A stretch of 37,083 bases of DNA, taken from the NCBI GenBank assembly GCA_027319905.1, contig DAHVMJ010000007.1:1-37083 (forward strand), written 5' to 3'. Under the pieces are notes generated by a model. The model was not told the origin of the DNA. It saw nothing but the letters and a program-made list of their open reading frames with translations, and did no database searches. Shown here piece after piece: positions 24,536-33,635 of the stretch. The position numbers and the translations under genes are program-made. Origin of the DNA: Candidatus Micrarchaeota archaeon (GTDB taxonomy: Archaea > Micrarchaeota > Micrarchaeia > Micrarchaeales > CABMGC01). Position 1 is the first letter of the stretch, and the number at the start of each line of letters is the position of its first letter.

Positions 24536-25357
24536 CTAACGAGCGCCTGTGGTACTGGATAAAAAAGCGTCTATCGAAGCCATCTCTTCCTTGCTCAGCC
24601 TCCATCCTGCCGCGCCAACCAGTTCGATCACGTGCTCCTTCTTTGCCGCTTTCGGTATCGGTATCACGTTGCCCTTGCTTATCAGCCAGTTGACGCTGAC
24701 CTGCGTGGCGGTCTTGCCATGCTTCTTACCTATCTCTCCCAGCATTTCCTTGAGCTTCGAGTACTCGGAGTCGAGCAGGTGACCACGCGCGAGAGGGCTG
24801 TAGGCGATTATGCTAACCTGTTCTTTCCTGCAGTAATCCGCGAGCCCCAGCTCAGGCTCCCTGACCAGCATGCTGTACTCGACCTGGTTCGACACTATCT
24901 CGTTGCTCTTGAGCGCAGCCTGCGCCGCCTCCATCTCCTTCACAGAGAAGTTGCTGACACCGATATGGCGTATCTTTCCATCGGCCGCGAGCTTCTCCAT
25001 TGCGCGCATGGTCTCATCTATCGGGACGTCGCAGTTTGGCCAGTGCAGCTGGTAGAGGTCTATGTGGCTCACCCCCAGCCTCTGCAGGCTCGCGTCGCAG
25101 GATCTCAGAACGTCGTCGTAGTGGAAGTGCGTGGGCGATACCTTTGTGGCTATGAACAGGTTCTCCCTGCCTGCGATCGCCTTGGCGACTATCGGCTCCG
25201 TTCCGTATATCTCCGCAGTGTCTATGAAGTTTATCCCTGAGTCGATCCCCGCCCGGAGCGCCTCTATCTCGCCGGCCTCGTTGGCTCCGAGCTTCCAGGT
25301 CCCAAGCCCGATCTCGCTCAGCCGTTCGCCTGTCTTCCCCAGCGTAGAGTAGTCCAT
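24536..25357 (-). CDS. Aldo/keto reductase
   Basis: IGLGTW, IDTAEIYG, IATKV, IDLYQLHWP, IGVSNF, NQVEY, AYSPL, IPIPK. Confidence 0.95.
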   Translation of the reverse strand: MDYSTLGKTGERLSEIGLGTWKLGANEAGEIEALRAGIDSGINFIDTAEIYGTEPIVAKAIAGRENLFIATKVSPTHFHYDDVLRSCDASLQRLGVSHIDLYQLHWPNCDVPIDETMRAMEKLAADGKIRHIGVSNFSVKEMEAAQAALKSNEIVSNQVEYSMLVREPELGLADYCRKEQVSIIAYSPLARGHLLDSEYSKLKEMLGEIGKKHGKTATQVSVNWLISKGNVIPIPKAAKKEHVIELVGAAGWRLSKEEMASIDAFLSSTTGAR

Positions 25358-25467
25358 GCACCCTATTCTCTTTTAAGAAATAAGAAGCTATGGCGCGACT
25401 CACGGCATGCAAGTATTAAAAACTTGCCAGACGTATCACCCTTTGCGTCGTTACGCGGCTGATTCTG

Positions 25468-26127
25468 ATGGACTACTCAGATACAACGATCCTGATACCG
25501 GTGAAGGACGAGCCTGCAGCAGGAAGCGTTGCCAAGGAAACGCTCGCGAAACTGCCTGGTGCAAGCGTGGTTGTTGTATACAAGGGCGACAGGAGCAGGC
25601 TGAACATAGACTTCGACGACCCCCGGATGAGGGTGGAGGAGCAGAAGGACTCTGGCAAGGGTGCAGCCGTGAGGGCTGCGATGCAGAGCATAGGCACGCG
25701 GATCTTCTGCCTCATAGACGGGGATGCCACCTATCCAGTGGATTCGCTGAAGACCGTCGTTGAGATGGTGAGGCAGGGCGCAGACCTCGCGCTCGGAAAC
25801 AGGTTCGAGAAACTGGACAGGAAGGCGATGCCATTCTTCATAGAGGTGGGGAACAAGATAATCACGTTGGTGGCCAACGCGCTATACGGCATGCACATAC
25901 ACGACTCGCAGACAGGCCTGCGCGCGATGCGCACCGCTTCGATAAAGGCGTTGGGGCTGCGGGAGAACGGCTTCGGGATAGAGAGCGAGATAAACATAAA
26001 GGCGAGAAAAGCAGGACTGCGCATAGAGGAGACGCCGATAGGCTACAGCGTTCGCGTCGGCACAAGCAAGCAGATGAAGTTCGTGGACGGGGTGAGGCTC
26101 CTGCTTCTCAACTTCAAGTTCCTGTAG
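25468..26127 (+). CDS. GT2 glycosyltransferase (DPM1-like polyprenol-phosphate glycosyltransferase)
   Basis: ILIPVKDE, GKGAA, IDGDATY, DSQTGLR, FGIESE, RVGTSK. Confidence 0.88.
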   Translation: MDYSDTTILIPVKDEPAAGSVAKETLAKLPGASVVVVYKGDRSRLNIDFDDPRMRVEEQKDSGKGAAVRAAMQSIGTRIFCLIDGDATYPVDSLKTVVEMVRQGADLALGNRFEKLDRKAMPFFIEVGNKIITLVANALYGMHIHDSQTGLRAMRTASIKALGLRENGFGIESEINIKARKAGLRIEETPIGYSVRVGTSKQMKFVDGVRLLLLNFKFL

Positions 26128-26542
26128 CGCCGCGCAGCTCATAGACCGAGATGGCGAGCAGGCATATGGTGCAGATGTGCACAAGTGTGCAATAGATGCA
26201 GATGCTGCCTATGAGGTACTCGGCGTATAGGAAGTATGCCACGAAACCAGCACCAACCGCGTTGAGCAGCGCGAGCGGCTCTTGTTTCTTAAGATAGATG
26301 AGCCCGAGCACCGCGATGAAGAAGAGGACACCGAGGTAGCCATTCGGCACGCCGAAGATCTTCGCGTACTGGCTGCTTAGCACGTTGGCGCAGTTTATCA
26401 CTCCGGTAGTGGGACACGCGACCTGAACGTTGAAGGCGGCGGAGTAGGAGAGATAGAGCGATGAGAGGAGCCCTATTATCGCGAGCGCAATCTGCGCGTA
26501 ATGGAGTTTCTTGCCGAGTTCCCTTGACATGCGCTCAGCCAA
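26114..26542 (-). CDS. Vitamin K epoxide reductase (VKOR) family protein
   Basis: [15 protein letters not shown] loop, FGVP, CIYC active site, four TM segments. Confidence 0.92.
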   Translation of the reverse strand: MAERMSRELGKKLHYAQIALAIIGLLSSLYLSYSAAFNVQVACPTTGVINCANVLSSQYAKIFGVPNGYLGVLFFIAVLGLIYLKKQEPLALLNAVGAGFVAYFLYAEYLIGSICIYCTLVHICTICLLAISVYELRGATGT

Positions 26543-27401
26543 GCTCGGTCTCTATGGTGGAGATGTAGCTCTGCCCGCAGACGCTAGCCGGCGTGTTGTT
26601 CGTGAGCATGCAGATCTGCGCTGTGGCGATGTTCGCAGCTCCGACTACTGCCATGGAGATCGTGCTGGTAGGGTCGTTGGCCGATGCCGCTATAGTGCTC
26701 CAGTTCCTGCCGTCAAGTATCGTTGGGTCGTTGTAGTTCGCCCCTATCTGAACCGCGCTGTTGGCGAAGTCGATGAAGGGTATGCTGCCCACTGGATTGT
26801 ACTTAGACAGTATCGCCTGCTCGCTTGAGTTGGGATGCTGCAGCGGCGAGTACTGGCCCGTGCTCGGATTGATCTTGTTGTTGACCATCTCCACAGGCAC
26901 GAAACTTATGTACGGGCTGGAGTACGTGGAATTGACGAATGTGAACGTGGGCGTGTTCGCAAACGAATCCGTGGCGCTGCTCGTCATGTACTCTATGCCG
27001 GTGAAGTTTCCGAAGCGCATGAGCGCGATTATCAGGCCCCATCTCTCTATCGCGCAGTAGGGGCAGTACTCCGCTCCCATGTAGAGCACCTCAGGCTTCC
27101 CGTTCACCACGAGCGCTGTGCCGTTTACCGGCTTTGGAAAGTTTGAAGCGAAGCCTGTCTTCACGCTGGCAGCGACGCTGTTCGGCACGGCAAGCTGCGA
27201 GATAATCGCCTGGGGTACCGGCTGCCCGTCAAACACTGCGAGCTGGCTGCCCGCATTTCCGCTGCCGTTTGTCAGCACAAGAGCTATGACAACGGCTATT
27301 ATCAGGACAAGTATGGCTCCGTAGAGCACCTTCTTGTTTGAGAAGAGCGAGGGTTTTGCCGCGTGTTGCTGTTGCGCGCCCTGCTGAGTATTGGCATCCA
27401 T
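26535..27401 (-). CDS. DUF929-family membrane-anchored thioredoxin-like protein
   Basis: N-terminal [38 protein letters not shown] at 27401. Confidence 0.85.
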   Translation of the reverse strand: MDANTQQGAQQQHAAKPSLFSNKKVLYGAILVLIIAVVIALVLTNGSGNAGSQLAVFDGQPVPQAIISQLAVPNSVAASVKTGFASNFPKPVNGTALVVNGKPEVLYMGAEYCPYCAIERWGLIIALMRFGNFTGIEYMTSSATDSFANTPTFTFVNSTYSSPYISFVPVEMVNNKINPSTGQYSPLQHPNSSEQAILSKYNPVGSIPFIDFANSAVQIGANYNDPTILDGRNWSTIAASANDPTSTISMAVVGAANIATAQICMLTNNTPASVCGQSYISTIETELG

Positions 27402-27438
27402 GCTGATAAAGCTCAAAAAAAGTATTTAAATCAGAGCA

Positions 27439-27459
27439 GCAGGCCCATCGCGGGCCTGC
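27439..27459. terminator. GC-rich hairpin in the intergenic gap
   Basis: GCAGGCCC-ATCGC-GGGCCTGC perfect 8-bp stem just after the stop of the 87-aa gene. Confidence 0.35.
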
Positions 27460-27469
27460 CGCAGTAGTT

Positions 27470-27733
27470 TCAGTCCTCTTGCAGTATCTCCAGCATGCTG
27501 ACAGCCATTATGGAGGTCACCGCGTTGCACGCGGCCTCCGCCTTTCTTGTGCCCCTGCACTGCGCCATGTACCCCTCGAGGGTCTGTATGATGCTTGCCC
27601 TCCTTTCAGGGTATCCCATTGCCTCGCTCCTGAGCTCGGCGATATGGCGACCGCTTATCCCTGTGGCCGGCCTTAAAATTTGCAGGCCAACCTCGGGAAC
27701 TTGCTGTTCGCTCATGCTTGTTTTTGTTCCCAT
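27470..27733 (-). CDS. Small hypothetical protein
   Basis: 87-aa ORF with upstream GGAGGGTG and TTTAAATA. Confidence 0.55.
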   Translation of the reverse strand: MGTKTSMSEQQVPEVGLQILRPATGISGRHIAELRSEAMGYPERRASIIQTLEGYMAQCRGTRKAEAACNAVTSIMAVSMLEILQED

Positions 27734-27831
27734 CCATCCCCACCCTCCGTATCTCTGTTATGGCTTTCCTCCTATTTAAACGTATTTATGATAAACGTGT
27801 ATCATAGATGCAAAACGGCGATCGTCGTCCA

Positions 27832-29493
27832 TCATCTCCTGCGGTTGACCGTGTAACTTCTCTTCCCATCGCGGAATATCGCCGTCAGCCTTACGCTTTT
27901 GTCGTCGTTGCGTATCTCAGGAACCGGATCCTGCAGCCTGCCGGCGTGCAGCTGCTCATAAGTGTTCATGTCTATGAACGTTACCTCATCTGACCACGCG
28001 CTGTCCGTGCTCTTCGCATAGTCGCGCACGCCCTCCTTTATCGTTGCCAGGAAGCCCACGCTTCCCGCGCCGCTCCCATAGCCTATGATCAGTACCCTCT
28101 TTCCTGCAAGGTCCACGCCCTTCTTCGACTCCTCCACGAGCGCTGACTGCAACGCAAACATGACAGAGGTGGTATAGCCGTTGCCGAGGAATCCGGAGAT
28201 GTGTTGCGCGCTCTCCGCCTTCTTCTTGTACATCTCCTTGTAGTACGAGGTCTTCATTATCGCGCGGATGAAGTTGGCCCTGTCCTCCTTGAACTGCCCG
28301 ATCTCCTCCGCAATGTCCTCAAGCGCCGTCTTTATCTCTGCGTTTGAGTACGAATCGAAATGCCTCACGATCTCGGTCAGGGCAGGGTACTCCCACCCGA
28401 AGCCGAACTTGCCCTCAAGCTTTTCCAGGTTGTGGAGAAGCTCCTGCCTGTTGTGGTTCCTGCCGTGAAGCGCAGCTTCGTTGTTCCTCTCAAGCACCTC
28501 GTTGACCTTTGCGAACGCGAGTATCGCTTCAAGTGATTCGTGATATGTGGACAGGCCGTCAAGGCGTGGCTCCTCTGTGAGCGCCTTCCTGCCGGTGCTG
28601 CTCTTCGCGGCAGCCTCGGCGTCGTACTGCAGCGCTTCTGCCAGCACCGTTTCCCATCTCCCCTTGTCGAATGTCTTGAGCTGATGCACCACTGCGGAAG
28701 CGAACGCCTTCTTCGCCATCTTCACGAATGGGACATGCACAACGAAGTAGTCAGCAACGTCGAACAGGCTCCTCCCCGCCTGTTCCTCTATCTGCATATA
28801 CACAGTAGATACCACGAAATCGTATACGATCTCAGAATGCGCGCCGTCTACATGCGGGCTCTCGCTTCCTATGAGCGTGTCCGAATCAGAGGTGAACTTG
28901 GGCTTGTAGAAATCGTACTCGTTTATTGTGAACTCCTTCACCGTTGACAGGTCTATCGCAAGCAGCTTTGGATCCGGCTCCACCAGTATGGCGCTTGCTC
29001 CAGCTCCGGAAGTCGGTTCCCCGGCGGATTTCAGTGCGTACTTTGCGTTGTCCGAGGTTATGACTATAGTGCGTTCGCCGGCGGCGGTCGCTGCGTACGC
29101 CGCGTCTTTCACCGCGCTCAGGCCTGCCACGCACGCAAACTTGTTCTCGACAGGAAGGGTGTAGTTTGCCGTCTTCCCGTACCTGACCTCCAGCGCATCA
29201 TAGAAATAGGTGCTTGCAGGCTTCGAGTCGTCGATTGCGCTCTCGGTGCCTATCCTAACCTTGATCTTGTGAAGGTCAACATCGTTTCTGTCTATGACCT
29301 TGATAGCCGCGTTTGCGCCCATAGTCGCGACGTCCTCATCGGCATTTGGCCTGGCTATGGTCTTGACTCCCAGCCCCTCGGTCAGGCCTCCAGGCTCCCT
29401 CCCTCTAGCGAGCGCCAGCGTCTCAGCCTTCAGCCTGAGCTTTGGCGCGTAGATCTGAAGGTCGCTTATGCCTACCTCTCTGGTGTTGGGCAT
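27832..29493 (-). CDS. mvaS: Hydroxymethylglutaryl-CoA synthase (MvaS/haloarchaeal-like) with large insertion
   Basis: GTESAID, KFACVAG, GEPTSGAGA, DFYKP, HVPF, GNGYTTS, GYGSG. Confidence 0.88.
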   Translation of the reverse strand: MPNTREVGISDLQIYAPKLRLKAETLALARGREPGGLTEGLGVKTIARPNADEDVATMGANAAIKVIDRNDVDLHKIKVRIGTESAIDDSKPASTYFYDALEVRYGKTANYTLPVENKFACVAGLSAVKDAAYAATAAGERTIVITSDNAKYALKSAGEPTSGAGASAILVEPDPKLLAIDLSTVKEFTINEYDFYKPKFTSDSDTLIGSESPHVDGAHSEIVYDFVVSTVYMQIEEQAGRSLFDVADYFVVHVPFVKMAKKAFASAVVHQLKTFDKGRWETVLAEALQYDAEAAAKSSTGRKALTEEPRLDGLSTYHESLEAILAFAKVNEVLERNNEAALHGRNHNRQELLHNLEKLEGKFGFGWEYPALTEIVRHFDSYSNAEIKTALEDIAEEIGQFKEDRANFIRAIMKTSYYKEMYKKKAESAQHISGFLGNGYTTSVMFALQSALVEESKKGVDLAGKRVLIIGYGSGAGSVGFLATIKEGVRDYAKSTDSAWSDEVTFIDMNTYEQLHAGRLQDPVPEIRNDDKSVRLTAIFRDGKRSYTVNRRR

Positions 29494-29574
29494 GAATGGT
29501 CGGTAGGATAACTCAAACTGTATTTTTAAACGACGGTAGGCAGTTAGACGATGGGCGTATGCGGCATAACAGGG

Positions 29575-31137
29575 TTATGCCCGTAGCCTCGTCTGCCCTT
29601 CATGAGCGGCCTGGCGCGCGAGTTCTCTATTTATCTCGTTTATCAGGTAGAGCATCTTCTTCTCCCTCGCAGCGGACACGTGCAGGTATATCTCGTCCTT
29701 GGTGCCCTGCGCCGCAAGTATGTAGACGTCGCCTGCCCGGAATCTTGCGGTGCGACCCTTGCGCTGTATGTTGCGTATCTCGTTAGGTATGGGCTCGTAG
29801 AAGAGCACCAGGTCTACGCTGGGTATGTCGAGGCCCTCCTCACCTATGGAGCTGGCGACCAGCACGCTGAACTTCCCGTTCCTGAACTCCTCGATCACCT
29901 TCTTCTGCTTCTCCTGCGTCACTCCCTCCTTCTTGCCGACGAACGGCATCGCGTCTATGCCGCTCGCCTGGAACGCGTCGACGAGCATCTTTATCGTAGA
30001 CCTATACTGCACGAAGACTATTGCGCTCTTTCCGCTGTACTGCTTCAGCACTGAGATCGCGGCCTTGACCTTCTCGTGCTCCTCCCCGCGCTTTATTGCC
30101 TCCTTCGCCAGCGCCATGGCGTGCGTCACGTTCTTGTTGGCCAGGAGGTTCTCAACGGCGCGGCTCTTCTCCTCCCGGGCGGTGAGCGAGTCCATGTACG
30201 CGCTGAAGGGGTAGATGCCCTCAGTCATGAGCAGGTCGTACGCGTGGGAGATGTTGAGCAGCTTGACGTAGCTGAAGAAGGCGCCGAACCTGAACCCTGG
30301 CGCGCTTATCTTCTTGAGCGAGTTGCCGAGCGCGATCAGCACACCCCTCGGTATGCGGTCGAAGTTCTTCGCGTTCATGAGCCCCATCTTGTTCAGGCTC
30401 GCGAGGCTCTCCTCTCCGACGGGCTTGAGCGTCGCGGCTATGCTCTTTATCGTAGAACTCTGCGGCACGCTGACCACGTGCACGTACTTAGGCATCACGT
30501 ACGAGACGACGTCCGGGTCGGTGGAGATGCGCGCCTCAATGTGCTTTATGTTTAGCGTGCCAACGAGCGCGTTTATCTTCTCCTTCTTGCTTCCCGGAGA
30601 GGCGGTAAGCCCCAGCACAAGCGCATTCCTGACCGCAAGCTCGTTTGCTATGTAAGTGTATGCGTACTTTCCTACGGCGCGATGGCACTCATCGAAGACC
30701 GCCACTCCAAAATCAGCGAGGGAGAAGTTGCCTGACTTGAGGTCGTTGGCTATGGTCTGCGGCGTCGCTATTATCAGCTTGGCGCTCTGCTCGAGCTCCT
30801 TCCTCCGCTTCTTTCCCACCGAGCCCAGAAGAAGCGCCACGCTCTCCTCGGGCAGCTTCATGGCACTCATCACGGTGGCGTAGTGCTGCTCGGATAGCGG
30901 ACGCGTTGGCGCGAGAAGGAGCGCACGTCTGCCCTGCTCTATCTCGCTTGCGATAACCGACAGGCCGATAAGCGTCTTGCCTAGGCCCGTAGGCAGCACG
31001 ACCAGCGTGCTGCCGTGCTTGAGAACGGAGCTGATTATGTTGAACTGGTACTGGCGGAACTCCACCCCATCGAGGTTGAGAAGCTCTACCAGAGGCCCAA
31101 GTTTGAGCCATCTTTCATCGACAGACATTAGTATCAT
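29575..31137 (-). CDS. hef: Hef/FANCM(Mph1)-like SF2 helicase without ERCC4 nuclease domain
   Basis: LPTGLGKT, DECHRAVG, GLTASPG, IGEEGLDIP, YEPIP, QRKGRTAR. Confidence 0.88.
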   Translation of the reverse strand: MILMSVDERWLKLGPLVELLNLDGVEFRQYQFNIISSVLKHGSTLVVLPTGLGKTLIGLSVIASEIEQGRRALLLAPTRPLSEQHYATVMSAMKLPEESVALLLGSVGKKRRKELEQSAKLIIATPQTIANDLKSGNFSLADFGVAVFDECHRAVGKYAYTYIANELAVRNALVLGLTASPGSKKEKINALVGTLNIKHIEARISTDPDVVSYVMPKYVHVVSVPQSSTIKSIAATLKPVGEESLASLNKMGLMNAKNFDRIPRGVLIALGNSLKKISAPGFRFGAFFSYVKLLNISHAYDLLMTEGIYPFSAYMDSLTAREEKSRAVENLLANKNVTHAMALAKEAIKRGEEHEKVKAAISVLKQYSGKSAIVFVQYRSTIKMLVDAFQASGIDAMPFVGKKEGVTQEKQKKVIEEFRNGKFSVLVASSIGEEGLDIPSVDLVLFYEPIPNEIRNIQRKGRTARFRAGDVYILAAQGTKDEIYLHVSAAREKKMLYLINEINRELARQAAHEGQTRLRA

Positions 31138-31177
31138 AAATCTCTACTTGCTTAAGAATTAAGACTATTGTGATTAT

Positions 31178-31831
31178 TTGGCTGCGAAAATAACACAAGA
31201 CCTGTGTGAAATTGCCGGAGCGGTGATGGGCGATGGAAACCTCTGGACAGATGGTTCCAGATACAGAATTGAGATGACTGGAGATTCGAGTAATGATAAG
31301 GACTACTTTCTATATCTACGCAGGAAAATGCACCATTTGTTTGACAAGGAACCTTATCCAATAAGGGTAAGACATTTCAATGGACATAATTGGATAACAC
31401 TTAGATTGCAGCCAGAAAGCGCATTTAACAACTTAACTGAACTTGGAATTCCACACGGTTCAGGAAAAGCTAGGAAGATAATGATCCCTAAGACGATTAT
31501 GGAAAAGGGCTGGAAATATTCAAAATGGACAGTGAGAGGCCTTTGGGATACTGATGGAACCGTATTCTTCAGTAAAAAGACCTATAGCACAAGGTCTTAT
31601 CCCACACTCGAATTGACTACAATGAGCGAAAAACTAGCGATGCAGCTAGAAGAGCTATTGAATTCAAAAGGATTCAGAGCGCATACAAGAGGCGATGCGA
31701 CCACTAAAAACAGATACAGAGTTGCAATTTATGGGAAACCGATGCTGATAAAATGGATGAACGAAATTGGATTTTCGAATAAGAAGCATCTTGCAAAGTT
31801 TAAAGCTTACAAGAGATTATATATAAATTGA
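31178..31831 (+). CDS. Free-standing double-motif LAGLIDADG endonuclease-like protein
   Basis: EIAGAVMGDG and TVRGLWDTDG, YPTLEL, IGFSN; visibly more AT-rich than flanking genes; TTG start. Confidence 0.85.
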   Translation: MAAKITQDLCEIAGAVMGDGNLWTDGSRYRIEMTGDSSNDKDYFLYLRRKMHHLFDKEPYPIRVRHFNGHNWITLRLQPESAFNNLTELGIPHGSGKARKIMIPKTIMEKGWKYSKWTVRGLWDTDGTVFFSKKTYSTRSYPTLELTTMSEKLAMQLEELLNSKGFRAHTRGDATTKNRYRVAIYGKPMLIKWMNEIGFSNKKHLAKFKAYKRLYIN

Positions 31832-31848
31832 GCGTGATGTTTTTCTGT

Positions 31849-31922
31849 GCCGCAGTAGTTCAACCCGGGAGAACATCCGCCTGAAGAGCGGAACGTTGCT
31901 GGTTCAAATCCGGCCTGCGGCA
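31849..31922 (+). tRNA. trnF: tRNA-Phe(GAA), intronless, CCA not encoded
   Basis: Acceptor GCCGCAG/CTGCGGC+A, anticodon arm TCCGC-CTGAAGA-GCGGA, T arm GCTGG-TTCAAAT-CCGGC. Confidence 0.95.
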
Positions 31923-31949
31923 TTTAGGTTTACTATCAAATCCGCACGG
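31913..31949 (+). repeat. Direct repeat copy 1 (tRNA-Phe 3' end plus trailer; att-like)
   Basis: GCCTGCGGCATTT..GGT..TACTAT..TCCGCACGG shared with 33263-33302. Confidence 0.75.
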
Positions 31950-32005
31950 CATCTATGTCTATGAGCGCCTTGCCCGCAGGCTCGTCAAAAAAGATCAGAC
32001 ACGGC

Positions 32006-33184
32006 TCAACTAAGCACCGATACCGTGCCTGAATTATGATTGGACACGTACACGTAGCCGTTTTTAGGGTCGTAGACAGCAGATATCGGCTCGTTGCCAA
32101 CAGTGACAGTTGCTATCAGACTGGTGCCTGAAACCACAAAAACTGTATCCGAACCGCCATTGGGCAAGTACATGTAGCTGCTTGTGGGGTTGTAGGCCGC
32201 AAATACATAAGAGGCTGATACAGTAAGGTTGCCTACCACACTTGTACCTGAAATCACAGAGACCGTGCCTGAATATAGCTTACACACGTACATATAGCCA
32301 TTTGCTGGGTCGTAAGCCACAGATTGAGGATAGGTGCCTACGCCTGCGGTCACGTTGGCTATCGTGGTGGTGCCTGAAATCACAGAGACCGTGTCCCAAC
32401 CGGAATCAGGCACGTACACATAACCATCTGAAGGATCGTAGGCTGCGTATGCGGGAGATGACCCTACGGCCGCCGTGGCTATCACGCTGGTGCCTGAAAT
32501 AACAGATACCGTGCGCGAACCAGAATTAATCACGTAAATGTAGCCGTTTGATGGGTCATATACCGGAGACATGGGCTGGATACCCACGGTAATGTTGGCT
32601 ATCACGCTGGTGCCTGAAATCACAGATATCGTCCCACGAGAGTTGACTGAACCATAATAATCCACGTACACGTAGCCGTTTTTAGGGTCGTAGACAACGT
32701 CTTCGGGATTACCGCTTACGGTAATGTTGGCTATCACGCTGGTGCCTGAAATAACTGAGATTTCTCCTAAATTGGAGACGTATATATAGCCATCTAAGGA
32801 GTCGTAGGCCGCTGACAAAGCATATCTTACAGGCAAGGAGGCTATCAGATTGGTACCGGAGATAACCGATACCGTGCCTAAACCGTAGTTTGAGCCGACA
32901 TTAGGCACGTACATGTAGTTGTTTTCAGGGTCGTAGACAGCGAATCCCGGAGAACCACCTACGGAAATGTTGGCTATAACGCCAGGCGCCGACGCGGCCG
33001 CATTGATGGAAGTGGACGGCGTGGATATTGAAGTGGATGCACCAGGAAGAACTGTGGAAGAAGCAATGTTTTGGCCGCCGCCCTGATTGAACGCGCCTGA
33101 CAGGAATAGCGCCGCAATTACAACTATAATCACGACTATGACAGCAGCCATTAGCAGCGTCCTGTTACCATTCGGCTTCTGCAT
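32006..33184 (-). CDS. YVTN/YncE-type beta-propeller surface protein, N-terminally anchored
   Basis: N-terminal TM, Ser/Thr linker, eight repeats of YDPxNGY(V/I/M)YV...TVSVISGT. Confidence 0.9.
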   Translation of the reverse strand: MQKPNGNRTLLMAAVIVVIIVVIAALFLSGAFNQGGGQNIASSTVLPGASTSISTPSTSINAAASAPGVIANISVGGSPGFAVYDPENNYMYVPNVGSNYGLGTVSVISGTNLIASLPVRYALSAAYDSLDGYIYVSNLGEISVISGTSVIANITVSGNPEDVVYDPKNGYVYVDYYGSVNSRGTISVISGTSVIANITVGIQPMSPVYDPSNGYIYVINSGSRTVSVISGTSVIATAAVGSSPAYAAYDPSDGYVYVPDSGWDTVSVISGTTTIANVTAGVGTYPQSVAYDPANGYMYVCKLYSGTVSVISGTSVVGNLTVSASYVFAAYNPTSSYMYLPNGGSDTVFVVSGTSLIATVTVGNEPISAVYDPKNGYVYVSNHNSGTVSVLS

Positions 33185-33262
33185 GCAAATCCTTCTTAGT
33201 CAAAATTTATAAAGTATTCTGTAGCCCTACCTGCTCGGCACCATACACTTTGTCGAGGGACA

Positions 33263-33302
33263 GCCTGCGGCATTTGGTGATACTATTCTCAATTCCGCAC
33301 GG
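33263..33302 (+). repeat. Direct repeat copy 2 (displaced tRNA-Phe 3' fragment)
   Basis: 13-bp exact GCCTGCGGCATTT plus gapped similarity through TCCGCACGG. Confidence 0.75.
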
Positions 33303-33347
33303 GAGAAGAGGCCTTTGCAATTGGATTGCAGCTTTCTTTGAACTACG

Positions 33348-33635
33348 TTATAAGTGCGACAAGAATGAGGCTATCGCATTCCATATCTGCTAGAATGTGT
33401 TTGGTTGTGGATGCCCTGTTGGATTCTGGATGGCCGCGGTTGTGTTGCTTGTGGTGTTTGCAGTTGATAATGTTGTAGTTGGGGCCGCAGTTGTTGTAGC
33501 AATTCCTGAAGGTTGAACTGCTGCAAAGGTTGTTGAAACCAGTCCGAGGTGGAGTGATGCGCTGGACACAGACGCACCGTCCCATGAGCCAATCCTCGGA
33601 GCCCGGCTCGATTGGTTTAGATAGGAATCTATCAT
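33348..33635 (-). pseudogene. C-terminal remnant of a surface protein (Thr-rich linker plus amphipathic tail)
   Basis: TTTAAPTTTLSTANTTSNTT linker; reading through TAG at 33390-33392 gives PNTF*QIWNAIASFLSHL; no signal peptide. Confidence 0.5.

Noticed and set aside
27457..27469. TGCCGCAGTAGTT, identical to the tRNA-Phe 5' end (31848-31860): possible split-tRNA half or att site
   Set aside because: Only 13 bp, partly within a local hairpin, no D or anticodon arm follows, and the interval contains core genes; likely chance
32006..33184. Periodic ~120-130 nt repeats as a CRISPR array
   Set aside because: The repeats are in-frame, degenerate beta-propeller blades inside one ORF; no cas genes are present
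33390..33392. In-frame TAG as pyrrolysine or stop-codon reassignment
   Set aside because: TAG terminates clear genes here (e.g. tfb, GT2); a nonsense mutation in a remnant is simpler
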